Assembly (NCBI GenBank): GCA_018651725.1
Contig: JABIDK010000005.1
Coordinates: 64-64,063, forward strand
Length of the DNA: 64,000 nucleotides
Direction: 5' to 3'
Source of the DNA: Candidatus Falkowbacteria bacterium
GTDB taxonomy: Bacteria > Patescibacteriota > Patescibacteriia > JAACEG01
Below the pieces are notes generated by a model. It had not been told where the DNA came from and made no database searches. It saw nothing but the letters and a program-made list of their open reading frames with translations. A program made the translations under genes and the position numbers. Shown piece by piece: positions 8,175 to 18,293 of this stretch. How positions within the stretch are numbered: position 1 is the stretch's first letter; every line of letters begins with the position of its first letter.

Positions 8175-10037
8175 ATGAAAAAATTGCCAGCAAAAATTAA
8201 AAATCTTTATTTATTGCAAGAGCTTGATGTTCAAGTTCCTTTTTTTATTGTTGTTGATTCGGTTGATTATAAAAGTATCACTCAAAAAATAGAAAAAATT
8301 AAAGAGATTTTTAAAAATAAGAAAGTTAAAAGTGTTATTATAAGAAGCGCTAGTTTTAATGAGGATTTAGACGATAAATCAATGGCCGGATTTTTTGAGA
8401 GTTCAAAAGAGATTTTATTGAACGATTTAGATGTAGAAAAAATTAAATATTTTTGGAATAAAAATAAGAAAAAAGCAGAAGAAAATAAATTAGGAGATTT
8501 TTTTATTTTTATTCAGGAGTTTTTTAGATCTGATTATTCTGGGGTTTTATTTACAGAAGATCCTTATGATGAGAATGGGTCAATAATCATTTTATCATCC
8601 TCTGATCACGCAATCACAGACGGATTATCTGCAGATAAGAAAATTATATATAATAAAAAAGAAGATAATTGGGATGAGGGAGAATTTTTAGGTAAAGAAG
8701 TGTTAAGTGAATTAAAAAAAGTAATTTTGAAAAGTAAAAAAAGTTTTAACAATGGAGCTGATATTGAATTTGGGATTAAAAATAAAAAAATAAAATTTTA
8801 CCAAATAAGACCAATTACTAGAAACAAAGATGAAAAACTTTTGTTAAAAGAAAAGAAAAGATTAAAAAATAAATTTGGCACAGAATTTGAAGAGCAGACT
8901 CTTGGGAAAAATGGATTTGTTGAAGCTTTGGGCGATTTAACTCCTTTGTCTCTTAGTTTCTATAATTATTTATTAAATTCTATTGAGTTAAAAAAGTTGT
9001 TAAAAGAAGCAAGAGCTATTGATGAAATTTCGGATAAAAATTTCTCTCTATTGGAAAATGTTGGTGGACGAACTTATTTTAATTTTTCACAAGAAAAGAA
9101 TATTTTTTTAAGAAAAGATAATTGGTGGAATAATTTTAAGAGAACAGTGTTGTTTTTATCTCAGGAAAAAATAATGAAAAAAAAGTGCTTAGAGGAGATG
9201 AAGGAAAAAAGCAATTTAGAAGAGATCTTTGCTTGGTTTTTTATTTCCGGTATTTATTTGCAGTTTTTTTTAGAACAGGAAAAGAGAAAGTATAAAAAAG
9301 ATAAGTTTATTGAAAGATTAAAAAATACCGAAAGAATTTGTGGCGCTAAAGAGCCAAGACCAAAGAGCTTAAATGATGATGACCTAGCTGAATTTGTAAA
9401 AGAATATTATTACTTGGCTAATTTTCCTTATGAATTTTCTAGTAAAAGACTGATTGATATTGATTTAAATGAATTAAAAGAAAAATATAGTCATTTTAGA
9501 AAAACAAAAAAAAATGAAAAAGATAAAAAATATTTAAATAAAAAAATACAATTTTGGCTAAGAAATAAAGTTTTATGGAAAAATAATTTTCTCAAGCTCC
9601 TTATTAAACATAAAAATTATTTAGTTGAAAAATATGGCGAGGAAATTTTTCAGGCTAAAAATTGGAAAGAGATAATTAAGGGGAAAGAGCCTCAGCTGGT
9701 AAAGCTGGAGAAAGAAAAGATAAGCAATAATTATTTAGAGGTATCAGGAGAAAACTATCCTTTCGCTAAAACTGATAAAAAAAGAGAAGATGTGGTTGTG
9801 GTCCCAGGTATTACGGATTTTAATAATTTAACTTATTTTATTGAAGGAGATAATATAGAAAAATATTTTGGAAAATATTTAGCAGTTAATATTTTTTCGT
9901 CTGATTGGATACCCTATATCTCGGAGTTTAAAGGAATAGTTCTAAAAGAGGGAAATGAGCTATCTCATATGGCGATAACATGTAGAGAGTATAATATTCC
10001 TTGTATAATCAAATCGGATATATTTAAGAAAAATTAA
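8175..10037 (+). CDS. PEP-utilising-enzyme family phosphotransferase (PEP synthase / rifampicin-phosphotransferase-like architecture)
   Basis: N-terminal PPDK_N-like ATP-binding region (VIIRSASFNEDLDDKSMAGFFES) and C-terminal swivel phosphohistidine domain (GIVLKEGNELSHMAITCREYNIPCII) at the extreme C-terminus as in Rph. Confidence 0.6.
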   Translation: MKKLPAKIKNLYLLQELDVQVPFFIVVDSVDYKSITQKIEKIKEIFKNKKVKSVIIRSASFNEDLDDKSMAGFFESSKEILLNDLDVEKIKYFWNKNKKKAEENKLGDFFIFIQEFFRSDYSGVLFTEDPYDENGSIIILSSSDHAITDGLSADKKIIYNKKEDNWDEGEFLGKEVLSELKKVILKSKKSFNNGADIEFGIKNKKIKFYQIRPITRNKDEKLLLKEKKRLKNKFGTEFEEQTLGKNGFVEALGDLTPLSLSFYNYLLNSIELKKLLKEARAIDEISDKNFSLLENVGGRTYFNFSQEKNIFLRKDNWWNNFKRTVLFLSQEKIMKKKCLEEMKEKSNLEEIFAWFFISGIYLQFFLEQEKRKYKKDKFIERLKNTERICGAKEPRPKSLNDDDLAEFVKEYYYLANFPYEFSSKRLIDIDLNELKEKYSHFRKTKKNEKDKKYLNKKIQFWLRNKVLWKNNFLKLLIKHKNYLVEKYGEEIFQAKNWKEIIKGKEPQLVKLEKEKISNNYLEVSGENYPFAKTDKKREDVVVVPGITDFNNLTYFIEGDNIEKYFGKYLAVNIFSSDWIPYISEFKGIVLKEGNELSHMAITCREYNIPCIIKSDIFKKN

Positions 10038-10153
10038 AAGATATTTCTCGTCTCCATTGACTAATTAAGCCAATTGTAGTAAGCTAAAGTAATTAAGAAA
10101 ACAAAAAAATATTTTGTTATTTTTTGATTTTAATAATTTTTAATTTTTATTTT

Positions 10154-12148
10154 ATGAATATTTCAGAGTTAGCTAGAAAATTGAATATTTCTCCGCATGA
10201 ACTGCGGAGGATTTTGAATATGGTTGGCATCCATATTGGGGCGCGGGCTATTAAGATTGACAAAAAAACCGCTAAACAGGTTATTGAAAGTTGGAAAAAA
10301 ATATTGGCTGACTATAAAAGAATGGTTCAGGCCGAAGAAGATGCCGCCAAACAGGAAAAAGTTGAAGTTGGGATCGAGGAAAAAGAAATAACAATCCCGG
10401 CTTTAATGACGGTGAGGGATTTTGCCGGTCGTCTTATGATTCCGGTTAACAAGCTTATGGAAATTTTAATGAAAAATGGAATTTTTGCTTCTCTAAACGA
10501 GAGAATTGATTTTGACACAATGGCGATTATTGCCTTGGAGCTTGGCGTTACAGTTGAGAAAGAAGAAGTTGACGGTGAAGTTGGCGGATTAACTAGGGCA
10601 AATTATTTAAAAGATTTACTTGAAAAAGAAAGTAAAGATGAAACCAAAGAAAGACCGCCGGTAGTAGTGGTTATGGGACATGTTGATCACGGTAAAACAA
10701 GATTGCTTGATGCTATTCGAAAAACAAATGTTATTGAAGGCGAGGCTGGCGGAATTACTCAGCACATTGGAGCCTATCAAGTTCTAAAAAATAAACGAAA
10801 TATAACTTTTATCGATACCCCGGGACACGAAGCTTTTACAGCTATGAGAAGTAGGGGCGCGCGAGTGGCCGATGTTGCAATTTTGGTTGTGGCTGCCGAC
10901 GACGGTGTAAAACCGCAAACTATTGAAGCTATAAAAATTGCGGAAAAATCCAAACTGCCTTTCGTGGTGGCGATCAATAAAATCGATAAGCCGGAGGCAA
11001 ACATTGACAAAGTAAAACAAGAACTTGCCTCGCATGGAGTTAACCCTGAAGATTGGGGAGGTAAAATCACCTGTGTTCCGATTTCAGCCAAAGAAGGGAC
11101 CGGCGTTAGCGATCTTTTAGATATGGTTCTTTTGACCGTTGATATGCAAAAAGATAAGTTAAAAATAAGCTTTGAAGGTGGCGGAGTTGGTACTGTGATT
11201 GAATCTCACTTGGATAAGGGAGAAGGTCCGGTTGCAACAGCATTAATTCAAAAAGGAACTCTTAAAAAAGGAGATTTAATAAATATTAATCAAATATTTG
11301 CCGGGAAAGTAAGAATAATGAAAGACTATAATAGCAGAGATATCGATTCAGCCGGACCATCTACCCCAGTAAGAATTTCCGGGATTAAAGGACTTATGCA
11401 GGTCGGAGATATTTTGGAAGCTACTACAAAAAAGGGGAAAGTAAAAAAACAACAAAAACACGAAAATAAATTAGAGAAGTTTATGGCTATTCAGGAAAAA
11501 GACGAAACAGAAGATACAGGCGACAGAATTAATATTTTACTTAAATCGGATGTACTGGGCTCAACAGAGGTTATAATGGAAAGCTTGGAAAAAATTGAAT
11601 CAAAGGATATAAAAATTAAAATAATTAATCGCGGACTGGGAAATATTAGCGAAGCAGATGTTTTACAAACCGAAGGAATTATTAACAATCAGCATGAAGA
11701 CAGTCGGACAATGTTGGTTGGTTTTAATGTAAAAATTTCTTCCGGAGCAGAGGTGTTGGCTAAGGAAAAAAAGGTTGAGATAAAATCTTACCAAGTAATC
11801 TATGATTTTTTGAATGAAGTAAAAGAGGCAATCAAAGAGATGACAAAACCAGAAGTTGTTAGAACGAAAATCGGCGAAATCTTGGTTTTGGGAATTTTTA
11901 AAACCGAGAAAAAATCAATGGTGGTTGGCGGAAAAGTAACTGAAGGCAAAGTGGAAAAAGATAGAAAAATAGAGGTATGGCGCGGTCAGGAAAAGCAAGC
12001 CGAAGGAGATCTTGAAAGCCTGCAATCCGGAAAGCAGGAGGTTTCTTCAGTGGAAAAAGGACAAGAATGCGGACTAATTTACAAGGGCGAGCCAATAATT
12101 CAAAAAGAAGATAGGTTATTAATATTTAAGGAATCAATAAAACAATAA
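10154..12148 (+). CDS. infB: translation initiation factor IF-2
   Basis: G-domain VVVMGHVDHGKTRLLDAIR, DTPGHEAF, NKIDK; C-terminal domains present. Confidence 0.95.
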   Translation: MNISELARKLNISPHELRRILNMVGIHIGARAIKIDKKTAKQVIESWKKILADYKRMVQAEEDAAKQEKVEVGIEEKEITIPALMTVRDFAGRLMIPVNKLMEILMKNGIFASLNERIDFDTMAIIALELGVTVEKEEVDGEVGGLTRANYLKDLLEKESKDETKERPPVVVVMGHVDHGKTRLLDAIRKTNVIEGEAGGITQHIGAYQVLKNKRNITFIDTPGHEAFTAMRSRGARVADVAILVVAADDGVKPQTIEAIKIAEKSKLPFVVAINKIDKPEANIDKVKQELASHGVNPEDWGGKITCVPISAKEGTGVSDLLDMVLLTVDMQKDKLKISFEGGGVGTVIESHLDKGEGPVATALIQKGTLKKGDLININQIFAGKVRIMKDYNSRDIDSAGPSTPVRISGIKGLMQVGDILEATTKKGKVKKQQKHENKLEKFMAIQEKDETEDTGDRINILLKSDVLGSTEVIMESLEKIESKDIKIKIINRGLGNISEADVLQTEGIINNQHEDSRTMLVGFNVKISSGAEVLAKEKKVEIKSYQVIYDFLNEVKEAIKEMTKPEVVRTKIGEILVLGIFKTEKKSMVVGGKVTEGKVEKDRKIEVWRGQEKQAEGDLESLQSGKQEVSSVEKGQECGLIYKGEPIIQKEDRLLIFKESIKQ

Positions 12149-12250
12149 AACATAAAAAACAAAAAAACAATTTTATTAAAATAGCGCGTCGTCTTGTTTT
12201 CTTGCTTTCTTGCTTTTTTGTTTTTGTGTATGAGTTTTCGTCATTTACAA

Positions 12251-12529
12251 ATGAGTGAGTTAATCCAAAAAGGAGTTGCTGATATAATGTTAAAGGAAAT
12301 TGATTTTCCTAAAGGATGTTTAGTGACAGTGATCAGAGTTGAAACATCCAAGGATTGTAAAGAGGCCAAGATTTATATAAGCATTTTACCAAATGCTTTT
12401 ATTGGAAAAATTTTAACTTTGTTTAATAAAAGGAAAAGTTTTTTCAAGCATTTGATTTGCAAAAAATTATCTTTAAAGCACTCCCCGGAAATTGAATTTA
12501 TTATAGAGAATGATTATGACAACATATAA
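12251..12529 (+). CDS. rbfA: ribosome-binding factor A
   Basis: Position directly after infB; MSELIQKGVADIMLKEI ... VTVIRVETSKDCKEAKIYISIL matches the RbfA pattern. Confidence 0.7.
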   Translation: MSELIQKGVADIMLKEIDFPKGCLVTVIRVETSKDCKEAKIYISILPNAFIGKILTLFNKRKSFFKHLICKKLSLKHSPEIEFIIENDYDNI

Positions 12530-13448
12530 AGAAATAGAAAACGCTGTTAAAGAAGCGAAAAATATTTTAATTACTACTCATGAAAGACCGGACGGTGACG
12601 CCCTAGGGTCTGTTTTTGCTATTTCTAAATTTCTTGAATTTTTTAAGAAGAGCCATCAAGTTTATTTGAAAGATTATGATGGAGCGCAAAAATTCCCTGT
12701 CTTAAATTTTATTAAAGATAAAAGCGATATTAATTTAGATGATGTTGATTTATTGATAACGCTTGATTCTGGTGATTTGTCTCGGACAGGACTGGTAGAT
12801 ATAGAAGAAAAAGGAATAAAAATAATTAATATCGATCATCATATTTCAAATGATAACTTCGGGGATATTAATTTAGTTGAACCAATCGCTTCTTCAACTA
12901 CTGAAGTAATAACAAAGCTTTTTAATTATCTTAACTTTGAGATAACTAAAGATATTGCCAACGCGCTTTTGCTTGGGTTGTTAACAGATACGGATAATTT
13001 TTCCAACAAAGGAACATCTAAAGAAGCGTTTAATGTAGCATCTGGCCTTTTAGCAAAAGGCGCTAATATCAGTAAAATTAATAACAGTAGCAATGAAAAG
13101 CAAATCGATATTTTGAAGTTATGGGGGAAATCATTTAATAGACTAAAAGAAAATAGTGTTTATAACTGCGCTTACACCGTGGTTTCTAAACAAGAAATAG
13201 AAAGTTCCGATAACTACGAAAAAGTTGATGATTTGGTTAATTTTTTTAATAACTTAAAAGACCCAAGATTTGTGATGGTTTTAAAAGAGCAAGAAGAATG
13301 CGTAAAAGTCAGCCTTAGAACTACTCGTGAAGACGTGGATGTTTCTAAATTAGCAATATTTTTTGGTGGCGGAGGTCATAAAAAAGCAGCCGGATTTACA
13401 ATAAACGGAAGAGTTAAAGAAACCACCAAAGGCTGGAAAATTGTATAA
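12510..13448 (+). CDS. nrnA: bifunctional oligoribonuclease / pAp phosphatase NrnA (DHH-DHHA1)
   Basis: HERPDGDALGS, INIDHHISN, GGGGHKKAAGF. Confidence 0.85.
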   Translation: MIMTTYKEIENAVKEAKNILITTHERPDGDALGSVFAISKFLEFFKKSHQVYLKDYDGAQKFPVLNFIKDKSDINLDDVDLLITLDSGDLSRTGLVDIEEKGIKIINIDHHISNDNFGDINLVEPIASSTTEVITKLFNYLNFEITKDIANALLLGLLTDTDNFSNKGTSKEAFNVASGLLAKGANISKINNSSNEKQIDILKLWGKSFNRLKENSVYNCAYTVVSKQEIESSDNYEKVDDLVNFFNNLKDPRFVMVLKEQEECVKVSLRTTREDVDVSKLAIFFGGGGHKKAAGFTINGRVKETTKGWKIV

Positions 13449-13488
13449 ATGCTTGACTAATTAGCTAAAAAATGGGAAAATTAAATAT

Positions 13489-14064
13489 ATGCATTTAATA
13501 CCTACAGTTGTAGAAAAAACTCATTTTGGCGAAAGAGCTTATGATATATATTCTCGTCTTTTAAAAGACAGAATTATATTTTTAGGTTCAGCTATTGACG
13601 ATAGCGTAGCAAACACAATAATTGCGCAACTTTTGTTTTTGGAAAGCGAAGATAAAAATAAAGATATAAAATTATACGTTAACAGCCCCGGAGGATCTGT
13701 AACAGCCGGACTTGCAATTTACGACACAATGCAATATGTAAAGCCGGATATTTCCACTATTTGCGTTGGTTCAGCCGCTTCTATGGGAGCCTTTCTTTTG
13801 GCCGCCGGAGCCAAAGGGAAAAGATTAGCACTGCCAAACTCTGATATTATGATTCACCAAATAATGGGAGGAGCCGAGGGGCAGGCAACCGATATTAAGA
13901 TTAGAGCTGAATATATTTTAAAGTTAAAAGACAGATTGAATAATTTATTTACCAAGCATACAGGACAAGTAATAGAAAAAATTGAAAGAGACACTGAGCG
14001 TGATTATTATATGACCGCCAAAGAAGCAAAAAAATACGGAATTATTGATAAGATAGTTTCTTAA
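13489..14064 (+). CDS. clpP: ATP-dependent Clp protease proteolytic subunit
   Basis: [48 protein letters not shown] (Ser/His/Asp triad context). Confidence 0.95.
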   Translation: MHLIPTVVEKTHFGERAYDIYSRLLKDRIIFLGSAIDDSVANTIIAQLLFLESEDKNKDIKLYVNSPGGSVTAGLAIYDTMQYVKPDISTICVGSAASMGAFLLAAGAKGKRLALPNSDIMIHQIMGGAEGQATDIKIRAEYILKLKDRLNNLFTKHTGQVIEKIERDTERDYYMTAKEAKKYGIIDKIVS

Positions 14065-14118
14065 GAATTTTACTTTTTTCTAAAATTATTATATTTTAGA
14101 AAAAAGTAAAATTCTTAA
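14061..14118. terminator. long perfect palindrome (~26-bp stem) after clpP
   Basis: TTAAGAATTTTACTTTTTTCTAAAAT-tattat-ATTTTAGAAAAAAGTAAAATTCTTAA. Confidence 0.55.
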
Positions 14119-14274
14119 CAAAAACAGAGAATTAATTAATACAACTTAAAAAATTTAAAATGTCATTCAAGACAACATTTGAAAAACACAACCAAAAAGA
14201 CATAATAAACAATAAAATATTATTTATTGTGGTTTTATAAGTGTATTGATGGTTTTCTGGAATAGATTTATTAT

Positions 14275-15792
14275 ATGATGGAATCAGTATATTTAACTAT
14301 TGGAATTCTTTCCGGAATAGCAGTGGGGTACTTACTAAGAAGAACAGTTGCTTTGCAACAGGCTGATGCAGCAGAAAAAAAAGTCAAAGATTTAATTTTT
14401 GACGCCAAGGAAAAAGAAAGAAAATTACTTTTGTCAGCTAGGGATAAAGCTTTAAAGGTTATTGATGAAGCCAAAAGAGAAGAAACTCAGCGGCGACAAG
14501 AGCTTTCCAGGCTAAGAGGAAGACTGGAAAAAAGAGAAGAAATTTTTGACAAAAAATTTACAGAAATAGAAAAAAATGAAAAACAGATAGAACAGGAAAA
14601 TCAAAAAATAGTAAAAGTTAAAGAAGAAATTAAAAAAATTCGTGAAGATCAAATCGGTAAATTGGAGAAAATAGCGGCTTTATCTAAAGGTAAGGCAAAA
14701 GACATACTCCTTGATTTAGTTGAAAAAGAGGCTGAAGAAGATTTAATGATTAGGATTAGAAAGCTAGAGCAAGTTTCGTCGGAAGAGTTTGAGAAAAAAT
14801 CAAAGGAACTTTTGACTACTGTTATTGAGCGTTGCGCTTCATCTCATGCTGCTGAAACTACCACTACCTCTGTAACTATTCCTAATGATGAAATGAAAGG
14901 GCGAATCATTGGAAGAGAGGGAAGAAATATTAGAACAATTGAACAATTAACAGGCACAGAAATCGTGATTGATGATACCCCGGAAACTATTATTATTTCA
15001 GCCTTTAGTCCAATTAGAAGAAATGTGGCAAAAATAGCTTTGGAAAAATTGATTAAAGACGGACGTATTCATCCCGGCAGAATTGAGACTGCTATTGAAG
15101 AGGCTAAAAAAGAACTGGCCCTTGATATTAAAAAAGCCGGAGAAGATGTTATTTACGAAGTAGGCGTAACCGGGCTTGATCCGAAGTTAATTCAAATTTT
15201 AGGAAGATTAAAATATCGTACCAGTTACGGACAGAATGTTTTACGGCATAGTGTTGAAGTTGCTCAGCTTGCTTCTATTTTGGCAAAAGACTTGGGAGCT
15301 GATCCGATAGTTGTTAAAAAGGCCGGACTACTTCACGATATTGGAAAAGCGGTTGATCACGAAATTAAAGGAACTCATCCGGAGATTGGAAGAGATATTG
15401 CCAAGAAATTTAAATTACCTGAAGAAATTATTGCCCCGATTTTAACTCACCACGAAGACCATCCACCGACTCTTGAAGCTATTGTTGTTAAAATCGCTGA
15501 CGCTATCTCCGGAGCAAGATTAGGAGCCAGAAAAGATAGCTACGAAGAGTATATTCAAAGACTGGAAGAACTGGAAGGTATTGCCAAAACTTTTGAAGGA
15601 GTGGAAAAAGTATATGCTATTCAAGCTGGGAGAGAAGTCAGAGTGTTTATTAACCCTGATATGGTAAGTGATCTTGATGCTCATAAGTTGGCCAAAAATA
15701 TCGCCAAAGAAATAGAAAGTGAACTGAAATATCCCGGAGAAATAAAAGTAAACGTTATTCGCGAAACAAGAATACTGGAATACGCCAGATAA
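14275..15792 (+). CDS. rny: ribonuclease Y
   Basis: N-terminal TM, coiled coil, KH domain (IGREGRNIRTIEQLTG), HD domain (LLHDIGKAVDHE). Confidence 0.95.
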   Translation: MMESVYLTIGILSGIAVGYLLRRTVALQQADAAEKKVKDLIFDAKEKERKLLLSARDKALKVIDEAKREETQRRQELSRLRGRLEKREEIFDKKFTEIEKNEKQIEQENQKIVKVKEEIKKIREDQIGKLEKIAALSKGKAKDILLDLVEKEAEEDLMIRIRKLEQVSSEEFEKKSKELLTTVIERCASSHAAETTTTSVTIPNDEMKGRIIGREGRNIRTIEQLTGTEIVIDDTPETIIISAFSPIRRNVAKIALEKLIKDGRIHPGRIETAIEEAKKELALDIKKAGEDVIYEVGVTGLDPKLIQILGRLKYRTSYGQNVLRHSVEVAQLASILAKDLGADPIVVKKAGLLHDIGKAVDHEIKGTHPEIGRDIAKKFKLPEEIIAPILTHHEDHPPTLEAIVVKIADAISGARLGARKDSYEEYIQRLEELEGIAKTFEGVEKVYAIQAGREVRVFINPDMVSDLDAHKLAKNIAKEIESELKYPGEIKVNVIRETRILEYAR

Positions 15793-15899
15793 TTATTTAA
15801 TTATTTAACTATCTAATTATTTAGTCATTTAACTATCTAACCGTCTAGCCGTTTAACCATTTACATGTTTATACGAGCTATGAAGGTGGATGAAAACAA

Positions 15900-16175
15900 A
15901 TGAACAAAGGAGATTTAATTTCAGCTTTAGCTGAAAAAACTGAGACTTCTAAAAGAGAAGCCGAAGCTTTTGTTGAAGCTTTTGTCAACACTGTAACTGA
16001 AACTTTGCAAGGAAAAGGAGACGTTGCTTTAACCGGTTTCGGAACTTTTTCTGCAAAAGATAGAGCTGCAAGACAAGGGGTTAACCCAAGAACTGGAGAA
16101 AAAATCCAAATTGCAGCTACAACTGTGCCAAAATTTAAGGCTGGAAAAACTCTAAAAGACGCTTTAAAGAAATAA
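15900..16175 (+). CDS. hup: DNA-binding protein HU
   Basis: MNKGDLISALAEKT ... GFGTFSAKDRAARQGVNPRTGEKIQIAA. Confidence 0.95.
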   Translation: MNKGDLISALAEKTETSKREAEAFVEAFVNTVTETLQGKGDVALTGFGTFSAKDRAARQGVNPRTGEKIQIAATTVPKFKAGKTLKDALKK

Positions 16176-16207
16176 AAGCAACTTTTAAAAAGCTTTTTAA
16201 AAAGAAA

Positions 16208-16243
16208 AAAACAGACTCACTATTATAGTGAGTCTGTTTTTTG
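16208..16243 (+). terminator. intrinsic terminator of hup
   Basis: CAGACTCACTATTATAGTGAGTCTG hairpin followed by TTTTTT. Confidence 0.8.
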
Positions 16244-16317
16244 GTGCCCCGTACAGGATTTGAACCTATGACCATTCGCTTAAGAGGCGACTGCTCTACC
16301 AACTGAGCTAACGGGGC
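16242..16317 (-). tRNA. tRNA-Lys (anticodon CUU), CCA encoded
   Basis: Reverse complement GCCCCGT-TA-GCTCAGTTGGTAGAGC-A-GTCGC-CTCTTAA-GCGAA-TGGTC-ATAGG-TTCAAAT-CCTGT-ACGGGGC-A-CCA. Confidence 0.85.
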
Positions 16318-16327
16318 CAAAACTTTG

Positions 16328-16401
16328 TGCACCCGGTAGGACTCGAACCTACAACCTTCTGGTCCGAAGCCAGACACTCTATCCAGTTGAGCTACGGATG
16401 C
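16328..16401 (-). tRNA. tRNA-Arg (anticodon UCG)
   Basis: Reverse complement GCATCCG-TA-GCTCAACTGGATAGAGT-G-TCTGG-CTTCGGA-CCAGA-AGGTT-GTAGG-TTCGAGT-CCTAC-CGGGTGC-A. Confidence 0.8.
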
Positions 16402-16477
16402 ATTAACTAAAATAGACCTAATCGGTCTATCTTGAGCTAAAAAAATATTAACATAAAAGTAATAAAAAATCAAGAGT

Positions 16478-18289
16478 CTATTTCAGGACAGCTTTAATCC
16501 TCCGTACCCCAGCTGAACTTGACTGTTCCTTTTTGATTTTAAACTCCCCAAGCTCGCCGGTTGAGTTGACATGTGGTCCGCCACAGATTTCCATTGAGAA
16601 TAGATTTTTATCAGAACCTATTTTGTAGACCTTTACTTTGTCTCCGTATTTTGCGTCGAATACACCGATAGCTCCTTTTTCTTTTGCTTCATCTACAGTC
16701 ACTTCTTCAAAGTTAATTGGTAGGTCTTTTTGAATTACTTCATTGACCAGTTCTTCCACTTTTTGTTTTTCTTCGACTGTTAATTTTTCATTATGGGTAA
16801 AATCAAACCGTAATCGCTTGGCTGTAATATTAGAACCTTTTTGATAAACATGATTACCTAAAATTTTTCGTAGAGCTGCATTTAGTAGGTGAGTAGCAGT
16901 ATGAAGTTTAGCGGTTTCCTCTCCGGAGTCAGCTAGTCCGCCTTTAAATTTACCAGCACTTGCTGTTCGGGATAGTTCTTGGTGTTTTTTAAGTTCTTTT
17001 TTAAATTCTTTTTCGTCAATCTCTATTCCTTTTTCTTCAGCAAGTTCTTTAGTCATTTCTATTGGAAAGCCATAAGTTTGATATAAATCAAAAGCCTCCT
17101 TGCCATTAATATTGCCTTTCTTTTCAAATTCTTTTAATCCTTTTTCTAATGTTTTAGAGAATTTTTTTTCTTCTTTATTAATTTCATTTAAAATAAAAAC
17201 ATAATTTTGTTCCAGCTCAGGATAAGCTTCTTTATAATCACTAATTACTATTTGAGCAATTTCTTTGGTCCATAGTTCTTTGGTGATACCAAGCTGTTTG
17301 CCGTATCTAATAGCTCGTCTAATAAGGCGTCTCACAATATAACCTTGATCGGTGTTTGATGGAGCAACCCCTTTATTATCACCCATAATAAAAGCAGCTG
17401 CTTTAATATGGTCGGCAATAATTCTAAATTGTTTTCTTGTATTAACCCAACATCGTTTACCATTTTTTATGTATTCGTCATCAGCGTCATCTCCATATTT
17501 AAGATTTGATAGTTCCTCGATTTTTTTAATTATATTAGCAAAAAGTTCTGTTTTGTAGTTATCGTCAACTCCATTTATTACAGCTAAGATTCTTTCCAGC
17601 CCCATGCCGGTATCAACATTTTGTTGTGCTAATGGTTCAAAATTACCGTCTTTTGTTTTATTGTATTGCATAAATACATCGTTCCAAATTTCAACCCAAC
17701 TGTCATGATCATCATTAAAGCTGTCTGGCACCTTGTTAGGATCACCAACCCAATAAAACATTTCAGTATCAGGTCCGCATGGCCCGGTTTCTCCGGCTGG
17801 TCCCCACCAGTTTTCTTTTTTTCCTAATCTAGCAATTCTTTTTTCCGGCATCCCTAAATTTTTCCAAATTTCAAAAGCCTCTGAATCAAAGGGTGCATTA
17901 TCATCGCCCTCAAAAACAGAACAGGCTAATCTATTTTTATCCAGACCCAACCATTCAGATGAAGTTAGAAATTCCCAGCTCCATTCAATAGCTTCTTTTT
18001 TAAAGTAATCGCCGAAAGACCAATTGCCAAGCATTTCAAAAAAAGTGTGATGAGTTGTATCTCCTACTTCATCTATATCCGATGTTCTAATACATTTTTG
18101 AGCATTAGTAACTCTGTTGCCGCCCGGGTGTTCTTCTCCCATTAAATATGGAACTAATGGATGCATTCCGGCAGTAGTAAATAAAACCGTTGGATCATTC
18201 TCCGGGATTAATGATTCACTTGGTATAATTGTATGACCTTTTGATTTAAAAAAGTCTAAATATTTTTGTCTAATTTCTTTTGCTTTCAT
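16478..18289 (-). CDS. alaS: alanine--tRNA ligase, short form (603 aa; catalytic plus editing-site motifs, no C-Ala domain)
   Basis: EIRQKYLDFFKSKGH, FTTAGM, HHTFFEMLGNWSFGDYFK; editing-domain HTATHLL ... CGGPHV. Confidence 0.9.
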   Translation of the reverse strand: MKAKEIRQKYLDFFKSKGHTIIPSESLIPENDPTVLFTTAGMHPLVPYLMGEEHPGGNRVTNAQKCIRTSDIDEVGDTTHHTFFEMLGNWSFGDYFKKEAIEWSWEFLTSSEWLGLDKNRLACSVFEGDDNAPFDSEAFEIWKNLGMPEKRIARLGKKENWWGPAGETGPCGPDTEMFYWVGDPNKVPDSFNDDHDSWVEIWNDVFMQYNKTKDGNFEPLAQQNVDTGMGLERILAVINGVDDNYKTELFANIIKKIEELSNLKYGDDADDEYIKNGKRCWVNTRKQFRIIADHIKAAAFIMGDNKGVAPSNTDQGYIVRRLIRRAIRYGKQLGITKELWTKEIAQIVISDYKEAYPELEQNYVFILNEINKEEKKFSKTLEKGLKEFEKKGNINGKEAFDLYQTYGFPIEMTKELAEEKGIEIDEKEFKKELKKHQELSRTASAGKFKGGLADSGEETAKLHTATHLLNAALRKILGNHVYQKGSNITAKRLRFDFTHNEKLTVEEKQKVEELVNEVIQKDLPINFEEVTVDEAKEKGAIGVFDAKYGDKVKVYKIGSDKNLFSMEICGGPHVNSTGELGEFKIKKEQSSSAGVRRIKAVLK

Positions 18290-18293
18290 AAAA

